Positions 35,435-46,100 of a stretch of DNA of 64,000 nucleotides are shown here, piece by piece. Position 1 is the stretch's first letter, and each line of letters starts with the position of its first letter. The DNA is from a virus. Lineage: Duplodnaviria; Caudoviricetes. The notes beneath the pieces are model-generated. The model saw only the letters and a program-made list of their open reading frames with translations. It was not told the origin of the DNA and ran no database searches. A program made the position numbers and the translations under genes. The DNA is taken from IMG/VR virus record IMGVR_UViG_3300011008_000025, positions 31,036 through 95,035 of that record; one strand, 5' to 3'.

Positions 35435-35474
35435 TCTACCGGGCCCGCTTCGGCGGGCCCTTACGGAGGGCGCA

Positions 35475-35654
35475 ATGAGCTACTTTTATTGTTATTCACC
35501 GCGCCTGAAGCGTGCACTGATTGAACATGGGTTTACCTATATTTGTACCGGCGTGAACTTTCACTCCGGCACCAAGTTTTGGTTATTTGAGTCGAGTGAT
35601 GCGCTCAACACCTATAAAAATGAAGTGTATCCAAATGAGCGCGACAAATATTGA
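35475..35654 (+). CDS. 59-aa protein (DUF5659-like)
   Basis: GGAGGG RBS; MSYFYCYSPRLKRAL..HGF.Y...G.N..SG.KFWLF; below the ORF-track cutoff. Confidence 0.7.
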   Translation: MSYFYCYSPRLKRALIEHGFTYICTGVNFHSGTKFWLFESSDALNTYKNEVYPNERDKY

Positions 35655-35675
35655 TTATAAGGAGTAAAACAGATT

Positions 35676-36347
35676 ATGGCGAAGCCGCTTGATAAAACAA
35701 AGACATATTTAATCTTAAACTACAACCCCTCCCCTGTCGGCGTCACGGTGAGTAAGAATGAAACTATTCTGATTCCCGGTGGTTACGATGACGCGCCGGC
35801 GCAGTATCCGCTTGGCCTGAACGAGATCCGTTATATTAACAACTCGTCAAAAGTGTTCAAGATCGGTATGCTGTATTTTGAGCCCGAGTACGAAGCGCAG
35901 CTTTATGAAGAGCTGCGGATCGCTAATTGGGAGGACATTCTGCGGGATAAGGAGATCGAAGAGATCGTCCTGAATCCGACCGCCGAATCCCTTGAGCGGA
36001 TCTTGAGTATTCGGGATCAGATGTACTTTGAACGAATCTATGGTGTTTACATGGGTCTGCGCAACGCCGGAGCTCCGATCTCCGGGAAGGTAGACAGCAT
36101 TATGCAGATTCGGCGCAAAGAACTCGCGCGGGGAAAAGTGACCACAGAACTGTCCGTCCGGGCCAACGATGTGGCTCGTGCTGATGCGGACGCCGAGAAG
36201 ATCAAAACACTGGAAGACGAGCTCGCTAAGTTGAAGGGTATGCTGGCCGCTGCCATGCAGCAGTTCGGTACCGTTGCTCCGGCCGAGACGCCCACTCCGG
36301 CGGAGGCTCCCAAACAGAGAAGGGGTACGAAGAAACAGGAGGAATGA
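35676..36347 (+). CDS. head-associated hypothetical protein
   Basis: Position; AAGGAG RBS. Confidence 0.7.
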   Translation: MAKPLDKTKTYLILNYNPSPVGVTVSKNETILIPGGYDDAPAQYPLGLNEIRYINNSSKVFKIGMLYFEPEYEAQLYEELRIANWEDILRDKEIEEIVLNPTAESLERILSIRDQMYFERIYGVYMGLRNAGAPISGKVDSIMQIRRKELARGKVTTELSVRANDVARADADAEKIKTLEDELAKLKGMLAAAMQQFGTVAPAETPTPAEAPKQRRGTKKQEE

Positions 36348-36350
36348 TAT

Positions 36351-36842
36351 ATGACCTCCTATGAGACCATCATAGATATGTTCATGCGTCGTGTGGAGCG
36401 CGATAAGAAGTTTTTTAACTATGTCGGGCTGAATGACGATCAGGCGCTGCAGCTTGCATACTGCCGCGCAAATGCCTATTTCCATGAGGCTGTATCGATC
36501 GTCATGTTCAAGGGCCTGCCGCAGGTCGACTTCACGGATTGCGACGATGAACAAGCGACATTTAATTTCGATTTGACGCAGCGGGAAAAATATCTGCTGT
36601 CGTCTCTGATGTACCTGCAGTATCTGGACCGGGATATCGCGTACCTGAAAACGCTGAGTGTGAATTATACCAGCACTGACCTGCGCGTGTTCGATCCGTC
36701 CAATGCCCGCAGTACCTTCTTATCTTTGTATCAAGCGGTTAAACATGAATGCGACGAGCTGCTTGATATCTATAAAAACACAGATCGTGATGATGGTACC
36801 TATCTTGGGATCAATTTTGACGCATACGACACCGAAAGTTGA
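36351..36842 (+). CDS. head-tail adaptor
   Basis: Position; FNFDLT.RE..LL segment. Confidence 0.65.
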   Translation: MTSYETIIDMFMRRVERDKKFFNYVGLNDDQALQLAYCRANAYFHEAVSIVMFKGLPQVDFTDCDDEQATFNFDLTQREKYLLSSLMYLQYLDRDIAYLKTLSVNYTSTDLRVFDPSNARSTFLSLYQAVKHECDELLDIYKNTDRDDGTYLGINFDAYDTES

Positions 36843-36850
36843 GGTGCTCT

Positions 36851-37801
36851 ATGATCGGGATTGATTATTTCAGGGCCATCCAAAACCAGCTTGGTTTCGA
36901 GTCAGAGAATGACGCGAGAATCAACGACGCAAAAATGTCTCTGCGGGAAGAGCTGATGACGTCTGTGCATTATGTTGTCGGGGCGCGCAACGGCGTGTCT
37001 CAGGGTTTTGTGGTGACTTCTTCCGAATCGTACTTCAAGTATGAGATCGAGGCACTGCCGGATGAAGAACTGAATGTCGGCGATATGATTGAGTGTTTTG
37101 ACCACATGTGGATCGTTGTGAAAACGCGTGTAGCGTCTCCGTTCCAGACGATCGGTTTGATGTGGCTGTGTAACGTCAAGTTCCGCTGGCAGAACTTCAG
37201 TCCGCGCATTATCGAGCGCTGGGGTGTGCTGGATAGCGGTGTGTATTCTACCACAAGAGATGGCGACGACACCGTAATGACCCCCGACAAGCAATTCAAA
37301 ATCTATTTGCCGTATGATGACGATACCAAGATGCTGTTTATTGATAAAAGGCTGGCTGTTGGTACGACCTATAATCAGTTCGGCGAACAAATACTTGACG
37401 TGTACGCCGTAACAGGTGTGGATCACGTCAGCAGCAGTTACGGAAACGACGGGCATCTGTTTGTGTTGAATGCCCGCTCCGAAGACTTCGTGCCGGTGCG
37501 TGACAATGTAGAGCTTTTGATATGTGACTACATTGAGAAAGGTGCGGAGCCGGAAGAAATGGTCGGAACAGTAAGCGGCCCGGAGACGATACGCCTCGGC
37601 GTGTCGCGTACGTATACGGCTGACTTTGATGTGGATACGTGGAGCGTAACACCGGAGAACGCTTCCATCCGGCTGAGCCCGGATGGCAACAGCGCCGTCC
37701 TGACGCTTGCAATGGACGACGATCTGGCTGGTGAGACTATCCGTGTGTGCGCCGCCTGTGATGACGGACAAGCTTATATGGATGTAGAGGTGATCGCGTG
37801 A
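36851..37801 (+). CDS. head closure protein with Ig-like C-terminus
   Basis: Position; beta-rich; LICDY junction. Confidence 0.6.
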   Translation: MIGIDYFRAIQNQLGFESENDARINDAKMSLREELMTSVHYVVGARNGVSQGFVVTSSESYFKYEIEALPDEELNVGDMIECFDHMWIVVKTRVASPFQTIGLMWLCNVKFRWQNFSPRIIERWGVLDSGVYSTTRDGDDTVMTPDKQFKIYLPYDDDTKMLFIDKRLAVGTTYNQFGEQILDVYAVTGVDHVSSSYGNDGHLFVLNARSEDFVPVRDNVELLICDYIEKGAEPEEMVGTVSGPETIRLGVSRTYTADFDVDTWSVTPENASIRLSPDGNSAVLTLAMDDDLAGETIRVCAACDDGQAYMDVEVIA

Positions 37802-38304
37802 GTGTAGAAACCCATCTTGATGAATTGATCGACTACACGTCGCTGATCATTTCAAAATTATGTAATTCTAAAGAGGTTGTCGCTTTGATAACCGACAACC
37901 CCGATCCGGATTTAAGCGGCGAAGATGGCGCGTTAGCTGAGCGCAATATCTTCGACTATGATTATATTGATGATACAGTGCAGAGCGCAGGGGCGTTTAT
38001 TATGGTTGACGCCGACATGGTGCTTGGACCTACGGGGTCTATCAAGGACATTGAAGTCTACGTACAGGTGGTAGTTTCAAAGACCTATATGGATCTCGAT
38101 TCCAAGAAATTCAAGGGTGTCAAAGGTAATAGGCGTGATAATCTGGCAAGGCAGATCGATCTGCTGTTAAGGGATAGTCGTGATTTTGGAATCGGAAAGC
38201 TGCATCTGAATTCCGCGCGTACGGCCAATGTGCCGCGCTCGTTCACGTCTAAGCTCCTTACGTATACCATCCCGGACTTTTCCAAGAATCGTAAGGTATA
38301 TTAA
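37798..38304 (+). CDS. tail completion/terminator protein
   Basis: Position; NRRD.L...ID...FGIG.L segment. Confidence 0.6.
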   Translation: MSVETHLDELIDYTSLIISKLCNSKEVVALITDNPDPDLSGEDGALAERNIFDYDYIDDTVQSAGAFIMVDADMVLGPTGSIKDIEVYVQVVVSKTYMDLDSKKFKGVKGNRRDNLARQIDLLLRDSRDFGIGKLHLNSARTANVPRSFTSKLLTYTIPDFSKNRKVY

Positions 38305-39041
38305 TGAAAGTTGATGAGTGGTATCTTGTCAGTGGGTCCGACATCCCATGCGCGGACGGACTGTCTATTCGGCAGCCGACACTCCGCGAATTCAAAGACC
38401 AGCCTGGATTGCTGCATCAATATTACGCTTATATCAATATTTTCAGTCTGACAAAGAAGATGCTGAGCGATCAGCTTGGCATACAATTGCCTGCTGACGC
38501 ACAGGACGACATGACGGTGTTCGACATCCTCATGGCGATCACTCAGCTTCGGGAACAATTGTTAGACGCTCTGGCGTTTTATATACGCGACGGTGTGAGC
38601 TATGACGAAGAGCGTCATGCGTTTCGCACCGGAAAAGGTGTCTGGATCGACAGCACAAACTATGATAGTGTGCGCGGGATCATCCTGACGTCGAATTGTA
38701 TTGACAACTCCTTTGAGTCGCCTCCAAAGTTCGCAAATGAGCGGGCGCGTAAGATCTATGAAAAGATCCAAAAGGGGCGCGAGACGGCAGTCAAGACCAA
38801 AAAGGGCGGATCAAATCTTGGTTTGCCAAACGTGATCTCCAAGCTGTCATCAAAGAGCAGTTCATACAATTTGCTGAACATATGGGGTCTTACGATCTAT
38901 CAGCTATATGATCAGTTTAATAACGTCAATCGCAATAGTCAGATTGACATTATAGGTACTCGTTGGGCCGCATGGGGCAAAGATGATTTTGATTTTGCCA
39001 TGTGGTATAAAAACGAGAATAGTTCGAGCTCGGCTACATGA
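38304..39041 (+). CDS. tail-module hypothetical protein
   Basis: Position; LTIYQLYDQF segment. Confidence 0.65.
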   Translation: MKVDEWYLVSGSDIPCADGLSIRQPTLREFKDQPGLLHQYYAYINIFSLTKKMLSDQLGIQLPADAQDDMTVFDILMAITQLREQLLDALAFYIRDGVSYDEERHAFRTGKGVWIDSTNYDSVRGIILTSNCIDNSFESPPKFANERARKIYEKIQKGRETAVKTKKGGSNLGLPNVISKLSSKSSSYNLLNIWGLTIYQLYDQFNNVNRNSQIDIIGTRWAAWGKDDFDFAMWYKNENSSSSAT

Positions 39042-39072
39042 TAGCCGGGCGCATTTTTAGGAGGAACGTCTT

Positions 39073-39804
39073 ATGCAGAATTTTGCAAACAGAGAGGTTT
39101 GTAACCTGATTGTCAAAGACTTCAAGACGCAGCAGCCCATTCTGCACTGCGACTATGCCAACACCAACACCACCGAGCTGACTGGCACCAACGTGTTCGC
39201 ATACGGTGGCTGGGGCCATCCGAAACGTATCGGCTTCTCCGGCGAGAAGGAAGGCACCTTCAGCTTCACCACTCAGCTGCAGAGCTTCCAGCTGTGGAGT
39301 GTGCTGACTGGCGGTACTGTCGACAGCAGGGCTGACATCGTGAAGCGCGAGGTCATCAAGTGCACGACCGGTGGTTCTCTGACCCTGACCCTGGGCACCC
39401 CCGTTGCCGGCACTGTCAACGTGTTTGCTGCTGAGGATGATGGCGGCACTCCCATTGTTGGTGAAGTGTCCGGTACTACGTTTACCGCTACCGAAGCCAG
39501 CGACATCGTTGCCGACCAGTCTTATGTTGTGTATTACACCGTCGCCTCTACCGATGGTGTGCATCGCATCAACATTAAAAACACCACCTTCCCTGTGGCC
39601 GTTACCATTCAGGGCGAGTCTTACGAGAAGGGCGAGGATGAGTCCATTCTTCCCTATTACCTGGTGGTCTATAAGGCTCAGCCGCAGCCCAACCTGACTC
39701 TGGGCAACAGCAATACCGGTGACCCCAACGAGCTGACCTGCACCTTCGACCTGATGGCCGATGCGAACGGCGATATGCTCGATCTGATCCTCATCGAGGA
39801 GTAA
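39073..39804 (+). CDS. major tail tube protein
   Basis: High-expression codon bias; GDP..LT.TFDLM C-terminus. Confidence 0.75.
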   Translation: MQNFANREVCNLIVKDFKTQQPILHCDYANTNTTELTGTNVFAYGGWGHPKRIGFSGEKEGTFSFTTQLQSFQLWSVLTGGTVDSRADIVKREVIKCTTGGSLTLTLGTPVAGTVNVFAAEDDGGTPIVGEVSGTTFTATEASDIVADQSYVVYYTVASTDGVHRINIKNTTFPVAVTIQGESYEKGEDESILPYYLVVYKAQPQPNLTLGNSNTGDPNELTCTFDLMADANGDMLDLILIEE

Positions 39805-39864
39805 GTCACAAAAAAATATAGGAGGCGCAGTTTTTCTGCGCCTCTTTCTTTGAGAGGAGATTTT

Positions 39865-40125
39865 ATGGCTCGAAAAAAGACAGTAAAGCCTGTTGACGTT
39901 GAGTACGTTGACGTGGAACAGGAGACTCTTGATGCCTTTCAGGAGGTTGACAAAGCAAAGGATCAAGAGCCGGAGCATGAGATTTTAACAGGCGTTGTTT
40001 TAACGAAGTGCCGTGTTGTGTCTTACAATCCGTTCAGCCATATTGTGGTTTATGAACGAGACGGTCAGTTAATTCAGACAAATGCCATTCAGTATGACGG
40101 GAGTGGCTATGTCGAAGTTGAGTAA
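39865..40125 (+). CDS. hypothetical protein
   Basis: GAGGAG RBS. Confidence 0.65.
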   Translation: MARKKTVKPVDVEYVDVEQETLDAFQEVDKAKDQEPEHEILTGVVLTKCRVVSYNPFSHIVVYERDGQLIQTNAIQYDGSGYVEVE

Positions 40126-40642
40126 ACGAGAACCGAGGCTGCTGAGCCTCGACCAGTCTACACGCAAAACAGGTTGGGGCTGCTTCGAGGGTTCTGACCT
40201 GATTGCGTGGGGTGTTATCGACAAGTCGGACATTATCAATTCCGACGAGCGAATTAGAGAAATGACCGCTGAGGTCTGTAAATTAATGGAGCACTACTCC
40301 CCTGCCTCTATTGTATTAGAGGATGTGCAGCAGCAGGCGTCGCCGTCTACGACGATCATGCTGGCCAGATTGCAGGGACACATTATGCATGCATGCGACA
40401 TGCGCGGCGTTCCGTTTTTTACTTATAAATCCACGGCGTGGCGCAAGGTCCTGAAATTTCATCAGGGTGCTGCCAAGCGCGAGGAGTTAAAGGCGCAGGC
40501 TATGGAATACATCAAGAAATGTTATGGCCTGGCACTTGGTGAGGATGTGTGTGAGGCGCTGTGTATCGGCCTGTCGCATCTCAAACGAAAGGGCGTTCTT
40601 CCGGAGTTGCCCGTACATGATTATAAGGAGAGTAAAAGATGA
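40109..40642 (+). CDS. RuvC-like Holliday junction resolvase
   Basis: LSLDQST..TGW, VLED, WRK, DVCEALCIG. Confidence 0.85.
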   Translation: MSKLSKREPRLLSLDQSTRKTGWGCFEGSDLIAWGVIDKSDIINSDERIREMTAEVCKLMEHYSPASIVLEDVQQQASPSTTIMLARLQGHIMHACDMRGVPFFTYKSTAWRKVLKFHQGAAKREELKAQAMEYIKKCYGLALGEDVCEALCIGLSHLKRKGVLPELPVHDYKESKR

Positions 40643-41214
40643 GTTTTCTGAAAGATTTTTATGAGTCTGAGCCAGTATATGAGAGCGTAGTTGTTACGCT
40701 GAATGATCAGGAATACACCGTAAATGTCCGCAAGGATATTTCGCTGCAGGATTTTATGGAGGCTTGCCGCCGTGCCGCTGAGATGTGCTTCTCCTTTGAC
40801 GAAAATGGCAAGCCCGTGTCTTATCATCCGGCCAACAAACAGTTTGCTGAGAATTATGTAATACTGCGATATTGGACCGACGTGGATCTGAATGAACTTC
40901 GTGAACTGTGTCAGTCTGATGAGGAGTACACCGATGCTCTGTGGAGACTGTGCATTAAAACAAACCTCATCTTTAAGATCGAGATGACCGGCGTCACAGA
41001 GGGTTTTTACGGAGCCCGTGAAGAGATGATCGAAGAACTGAAGCGCGAGATGCGTCCCGGCATGGATGAGGTTTGGAAGAACGTTAATGACTTCCTTGAT
41101 TCCATCAAAACGCAATTTGGTGAGATGAGTGAGGAAGATATCGAGGCGACACGAGAGGCTATTAAAAAGCTCGGCGGTATGGATGAGGGGAAGATTGTTG
41201 AACTTCTCAAATAA
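40639..41214 (+). CDS. probable tail assembly chaperone
   Basis: Position upstream of the tape measure gene; acidic and helical. Confidence 0.5.
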   Translation: MSFLKDFYESEPVYESVVVTLNDQEYTVNVRKDISLQDFMEACRRAAEMCFSFDENGKPVSYHPANKQFAENYVILRYWTDVDLNELRELCQSDEEYTDALWRLCIKTNLIFKIEMTGVTEGFYGAREEMIEELKREMRPGMDEVWKNVNDFLDSIKTQFGEMSEEDIEATREAIKKLGGMDEGKIVELLK

Positions 41215-41218
41215 TCGA

Positions 41219-42148
41219 TTAGCGTGGTGAGAACCCTCCGCCTTGATAATTGCCGAAATAACGCGGTCGCTTATTGTATTTACTGATTGGATAACTTTTC
41301 TCGCGGTAATACACGGCGGCTTCACCGCGGATGGAATCCCCACGATGGGCCGCGCGGTCAGCGTCGTTAGCGGACTGGAAGGCTATACTGCGCTTATAGT
41401 CAGCAGCGCGCTGTAATAGTTCTATATATCGCTCATGACAGTCAAGTTGTCTGTAAAGTAAAAATAGTTCCAGCGTTAAGCTTCGTAATGGTTCAGCCGA
41501 TGCTGTCATTTCATGGCCGAAGCGTTTCACGGCTTCCTCTGCCTCGTGTATACTGTTCTGAATTTTCTTGCCTATATGAAAAGCTGTTGCAAGCAATGTA
41601 CCAATATACGCTGCTGTGACACTTTCGGTCTGGTAAACAAACTCATTCGCCTTGAGGTCAGTACGTTTAATTAATGATGATCGTTCAAGGTTCGGTTTGG
41701 CGTCATTGTGGGATGTGTTGGATAGTCCGTCGATGAGAAATATATATGGCGCGTCGAAGTCGCCGCCCCACGCCAAGCACTCCTCAAAATATAGACGAAA
41801 CGCATCAAGCGGTATGCACGAGGACAAGTTGTGTGTATAGTTAATATAATATAGAACCTGCAAATTGGAGCCTATGATTTGAGGGTCGTTATCATCTTCG
41901 TCTATTATTTTCGTTGCAATACAAAACGAGATGAGTTTTGCGAGTTCTGAAGACTGCGTTGGAAGTGTTGGGTGAATCTGTATGATATCTGTTATTGCCA
42001 TTTGACAGAGATTTATATATCGATGGTATATACCGCTGGTATAACCAAATTCTAAAAAATCTTGCCTTGTGGTTGGGTTATTACGCGGTTGCGTTTTACT
42101 AAAAAACCAATACTTATAGTCATAGATTTGTTGAAATATATCTGACAT
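41219..42148 (-). CDS. moron: lone reverse-strand gene of unknown function
   Basis: AT-rich; GGAGGTG RBS; own promoter TTGCTT-N17-TAAACT (42208-42180). Confidence 0.75.
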   Translation of the reverse strand: MSDIFQQIYDYKYWFFSKTQPRNNPTTRQDFLEFGYTSGIYHRYINLCQMAITDIIQIHPTLPTQSSELAKLISFCIATKIIDEDDNDPQIIGSNLQVLYYINYTHNLSSCIPLDAFRLYFEECLAWGGDFDAPYIFLIDGLSNTSHNDAKPNLERSSLIKRTDLKANEFVYQTESVTAAYIGTLLATAFHIGKKIQNSIHEAEEAVKRFGHEMTASAEPLRSLTLELFLLYRQLDCHERYIELLQRAADYKRSIAFQSANDADRAAHRGDSIRGEAAVYYREKSYPISKYNKRPRYFGNYQGGGFSPR

Positions 42149-42265
42149 TTCACAACACCTCCATACCGTTGGCAAAAATAGTTTATCACATTTACGCGCA
42201 TTAAGCAATCGTCGTTCTGGCTACGTAAGACAGCAGAAACTTATCAATATAGATGGGGTGATTGT

Positions 42266-42994
42266 ATGGGGTTTCATCCAGATCCTGGATTTTTGAAAGC
42301 CATAATGCAGGATTTTAAGCCTGATGGAACAAAAAGACGCGGCAAGACATTCGGATCGTCAAATATGGCCGGGCAGAGCAGCGGTAAATACATACCACAA
42401 GCAAAAATGGCGTCAAGGTATCAAACCACTCGTACAGTTGTAGATAAAGAGACTGGAGAAAAATCTGTTGAGCCAAATCGGTGGTTAAACCTTAATTATC
42501 ACATAGATCTTAACAGGCTTTGCGATTTGTTGTATTGGTTTATTCAACAACACATTCCAAGTTTTCCTCGAACTGCTATTGACTACGATTGGAATATTAG
42601 TTGGCTCAATCGTGCTAACGGGAAAACATATGATGATGGAAAGGCTCCGATTGAGAAGAATGCCAGATGGGTGCGTTATGCAGATGTATATATCGATCAG
42701 GATGCTATGTGGCGTGATTCGCTTTGGAATTCATCTGATGACGGGACGTATAACATGAACAAGCGCAGACCTTATTGGAGTGAAGAGCGTAAAAAGTATG
42801 GTGTTAATATCGTGCGCCTGTTTGAGTTTGGTTGGCATGCAGACGGTGGGGTGCGCGGAGTTTGGCATGGCAGAGAAGTGTGGAGTCGTCCAGCACATAA
42901 AGCCACATATATGTTATCGGACGCGATTAAGATATTTAACCAGAGCACCAATCGTGGAGTGACCGCGACACTACGTGGAAAATACAACTCGTAA
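42266..42994 (+). CDS. hypothetical tail-region protein
   Basis: GGGGTGA RBS; NIVRLFEFGWHA...V.G.WHG segment. Confidence 0.7.
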   Translation: MGFHPDPGFLKAIMQDFKPDGTKRRGKTFGSSNMAGQSSGKYIPQAKMASRYQTTRTVVDKETGEKSVEPNRWLNLNYHIDLNRLCDLLYWFIQQHIPSFPRTAIDYDWNISWLNRANGKTYDDGKAPIEKNARWVRYADVYIDQDAMWRDSLWNSSDDGTYNMNKRRPYWSEERKKYGVNIVRLFEFGWHADGGVRGVWHGREVWSRPAHKATYMLSDAIKIFNQSTNRGVTATLRGKYNS

Positions 42995-43105
42995 CATTGG
43001 ATGTTCGGCGAAATAAGTATGTCTAATATGGTGTCTTAAACTATGCGCTTCTATTTCTGAGGCGTATAGTTATATGAAATTGAAAAATAAAAGGTGGTGA
43101 TCCAT

Positions 43106-46100
43106 ATCGCCGGTCAAGATAATATTGCAAGAGTAACATGGGGTGTTGAAGGCGGATCGCGGGTCGGTGGTGCGACATATGATCTTATTGCCAAAGAACT
43201 GAATGAAATCGCGAATAAACTAAGCGAGGATGGGCGACGCCCAAGAGTTACTTTTGGTGTAGCAAATACAGCGGAAGATTTACAAAAAGAATTAACCCGC
43301 GTTGTTGGGTCAAAGCCGCTTCAAATTGATGTTGGCTTTACGCCATCTTCTAAGTCGGCGCAAAGTGTTTCAAAATATTCACACGATGTAATTGAGTCAT
43401 ACACCAAATCTATTCAGCAAGTGAGCGCGCTTGGCAATATCATGATGGAAAAACAAGCGCGTGCTCAAATACAAGCTCAATTAGATACGGCCAGGCGTTA
43501 TTATGATGAGTATGATCAAATAATTAATAAGCGTCCAAAGATTAGTGATAACATTAAAGAGGCTAAAGAGCAATTTGCAAATTGGGCTGCAATAAATACT
43601 GATCCGGATGGTGATTGGGAGCGCTTTGTGATCCGCATGCATAACGGCAAACTGGCGCTCCAAGAGGTTAACGAGGCGTGGCGGAGTGTTAATCAAGATG
43701 ACCCTGGTGCAATTAAGGCATTCTTTAACGAAATCAATGATGCCGCCACTCAGGTAGATGATCGTATACAGGAGTTGGAAAGCCGACTTGAGTCAAATGA
43801 TTTAGACACTTCTAAATACGGTGCCAAGGTAAAAGAAATACTTGTCAGTAAATATGGCGAAGTAATCAACGAAACTAATGCTGCTCTTGAAGCTAATGGG
43901 TTTGAGGCGTTATCAGTCGATAAAATATTGCAACTAAACCCGGATGAAATTAGTCAGTATTTAAGCAGTACACTTGGTACTGTTATGGAGCAGGTTGAAA
44001 CTCAGGTGGAGGCGCAACCACAACAAGCAAATGCGTTGCGTTTTCAAGCGGACGATTCTCCCGAAGCTATTGAGGCTTTACGTGCATCTATTCAAGCACT
44101 TGTATCTTCTGTTAATACCGATTCCTACAATCTTAAGTTTGTGGCAGATACCAGCGCAGAAGGGTTAAGTGCGTTCTCAGAATCATTATCTGCGTTTAAG
44201 GAATTAAATAGTGGGCAACCGATTGAGGTTAAAGTCACTACCGGGACTTCACAAGAAGCGGTCAATGAATTAATCAAATCGGTGCGTACTTTGTGGCAGC
44301 AGATCCAAAGCGATCAGCTGCCTATTCAGTTTAAGCCGGCAGAAGGCACGCTCGACGAGTTACGAACCGCGATTGGTGCTGCGTTGGAGGAAGCTGTTGC
44401 TGTTAAGGTGCGTCTCGATGGAGCCGAATCCGTTGATCTTTCTAAAGAACAAGAGGCGTTTAGTCAGCTTAATGATGCCATAAAAGCGCACTCTGATCTT
44501 ATGGGAAAAGCTGAGTTAGCAGAGCTGTCTAAAGGTGATACTGCGATTGAGCTTACGAAAGCGCTTGAGGAAGAGGCCGAGGCTTTTAAAAAGAGTGCCG
44601 ACCAAATGCGCGAGTATGTCAAATATCTCGATGCGAATAGTCAAAAATTAACGAAGGCTACTCAGTTATCGGATAAGATGCGGCAGCAGCTTAAGGACCA
44701 GACTACTGCCAGCCAGGCTTCCGAGGCAAAACGTAAAGCTGAAACTGCCGCAATTGAGCAGCAGACCGCAGCTCTACAGCGTGAAAACGCTGAGCTTGAG
44801 AATAATAAATTAAAGCGACAGGAAGCAAACGCGCTTGGCAGAGAGAAGAGCGGACAGGCAAAAGCGTGGAACACATTAAATAACCAGGTCGCTGATTATG
44901 CCGACACCGCTAAATTGGCCGAAAAAGAAGCAGAATATAATTCTCTCGTTGACACAATACATAAGCGCAATGGCGATTTGAGCCAAGCTCAAATCGCGTG
45001 GACAAATCTCAAAAAACAGCTTGATGACTTCAGAAAAGAAGCAAGAAAAACAACTCAGGACGTTAACAAGGCAAACTCTGCTCAGTTATCAAATACAAAG
45101 CTGCAAAATAAGCTTACTGATTATTATCATCAGTTTGAAAGGCAGATAAAGCTTCATCCGGAATTACTTGCTCGATATAATACCGCGCTTGAAAGTCTCA
45201 AAACTGATAAGTTTAACCAAAATACCAGGCAAGCCGCTAAGGAAGTGCAGGATTTCATGGTTGCCTGTGAAGAAGCAGGTATTAATGGGATTCATCCGCT
45301 TCAAAACCTTATTGGTGGTTTTTGGAATAAACTTAAATTTGGTTCGCTTGCGGCGCTCGCCGGTTCCGTGCGGAGGTTGGCTCGTCAGGTTTACACTAAC
45401 GTCGTAGAAATCGACGACGCTATGACACAGCTCCGCATCGTCACGGGTGCGACTGGCAGCGAGATGAATCAGTTCTTCGCCAAGTCTACCGATCTCGCTT
45501 CTAAGCTTGGCAAGAGTGTCAAGGATGTGCTTGGGTCGATTGAGACGTTCTCGCGTCTTGGTTATACGCTTGAAGAGTCCAGTACGCTTGCTGAGTACGC
45601 CAACATTCTTTCGAATGTTGCAAATGTAGATGCGAGTGCTGCCACAACAGGTCTGACATCCATCATCAAGGGTTATAATCTTGAGGTCTCTGACTCTGAG
45701 CATATCGCCGACGTTTTGATCAATGTCGGTCAGAAGTATGCGATCAGTGCCAGTGAACTGATGGATGCGTTTGAGCGCGGCGGCGCAGCTCTGTATGCGT
45801 CCGGTACCGAATTTGAAAAATCCGCCGCACTATTTGCCGCCTCAAACAGCGCCATTCAGAATGCTGATAAAGTTGGTACAGCGTTCCAGACTGTATCGGC
45901 GCGTATTCGCAAGTCTGAGTCTGAATTGGAAGAGCTCGGCGCGGATTACGAAGATATCGCCAACGGTATGTCAAAGTATCGCGATGAACTGAAGGCGCTG
46001 ACGAATGTCAATGGCACTGGCGGATTTGACATTATGATGGATGCGGATCATTACAAGGATATCTATGATATCTTTGTTGGTATCGCAGAAGTCTGGGACA

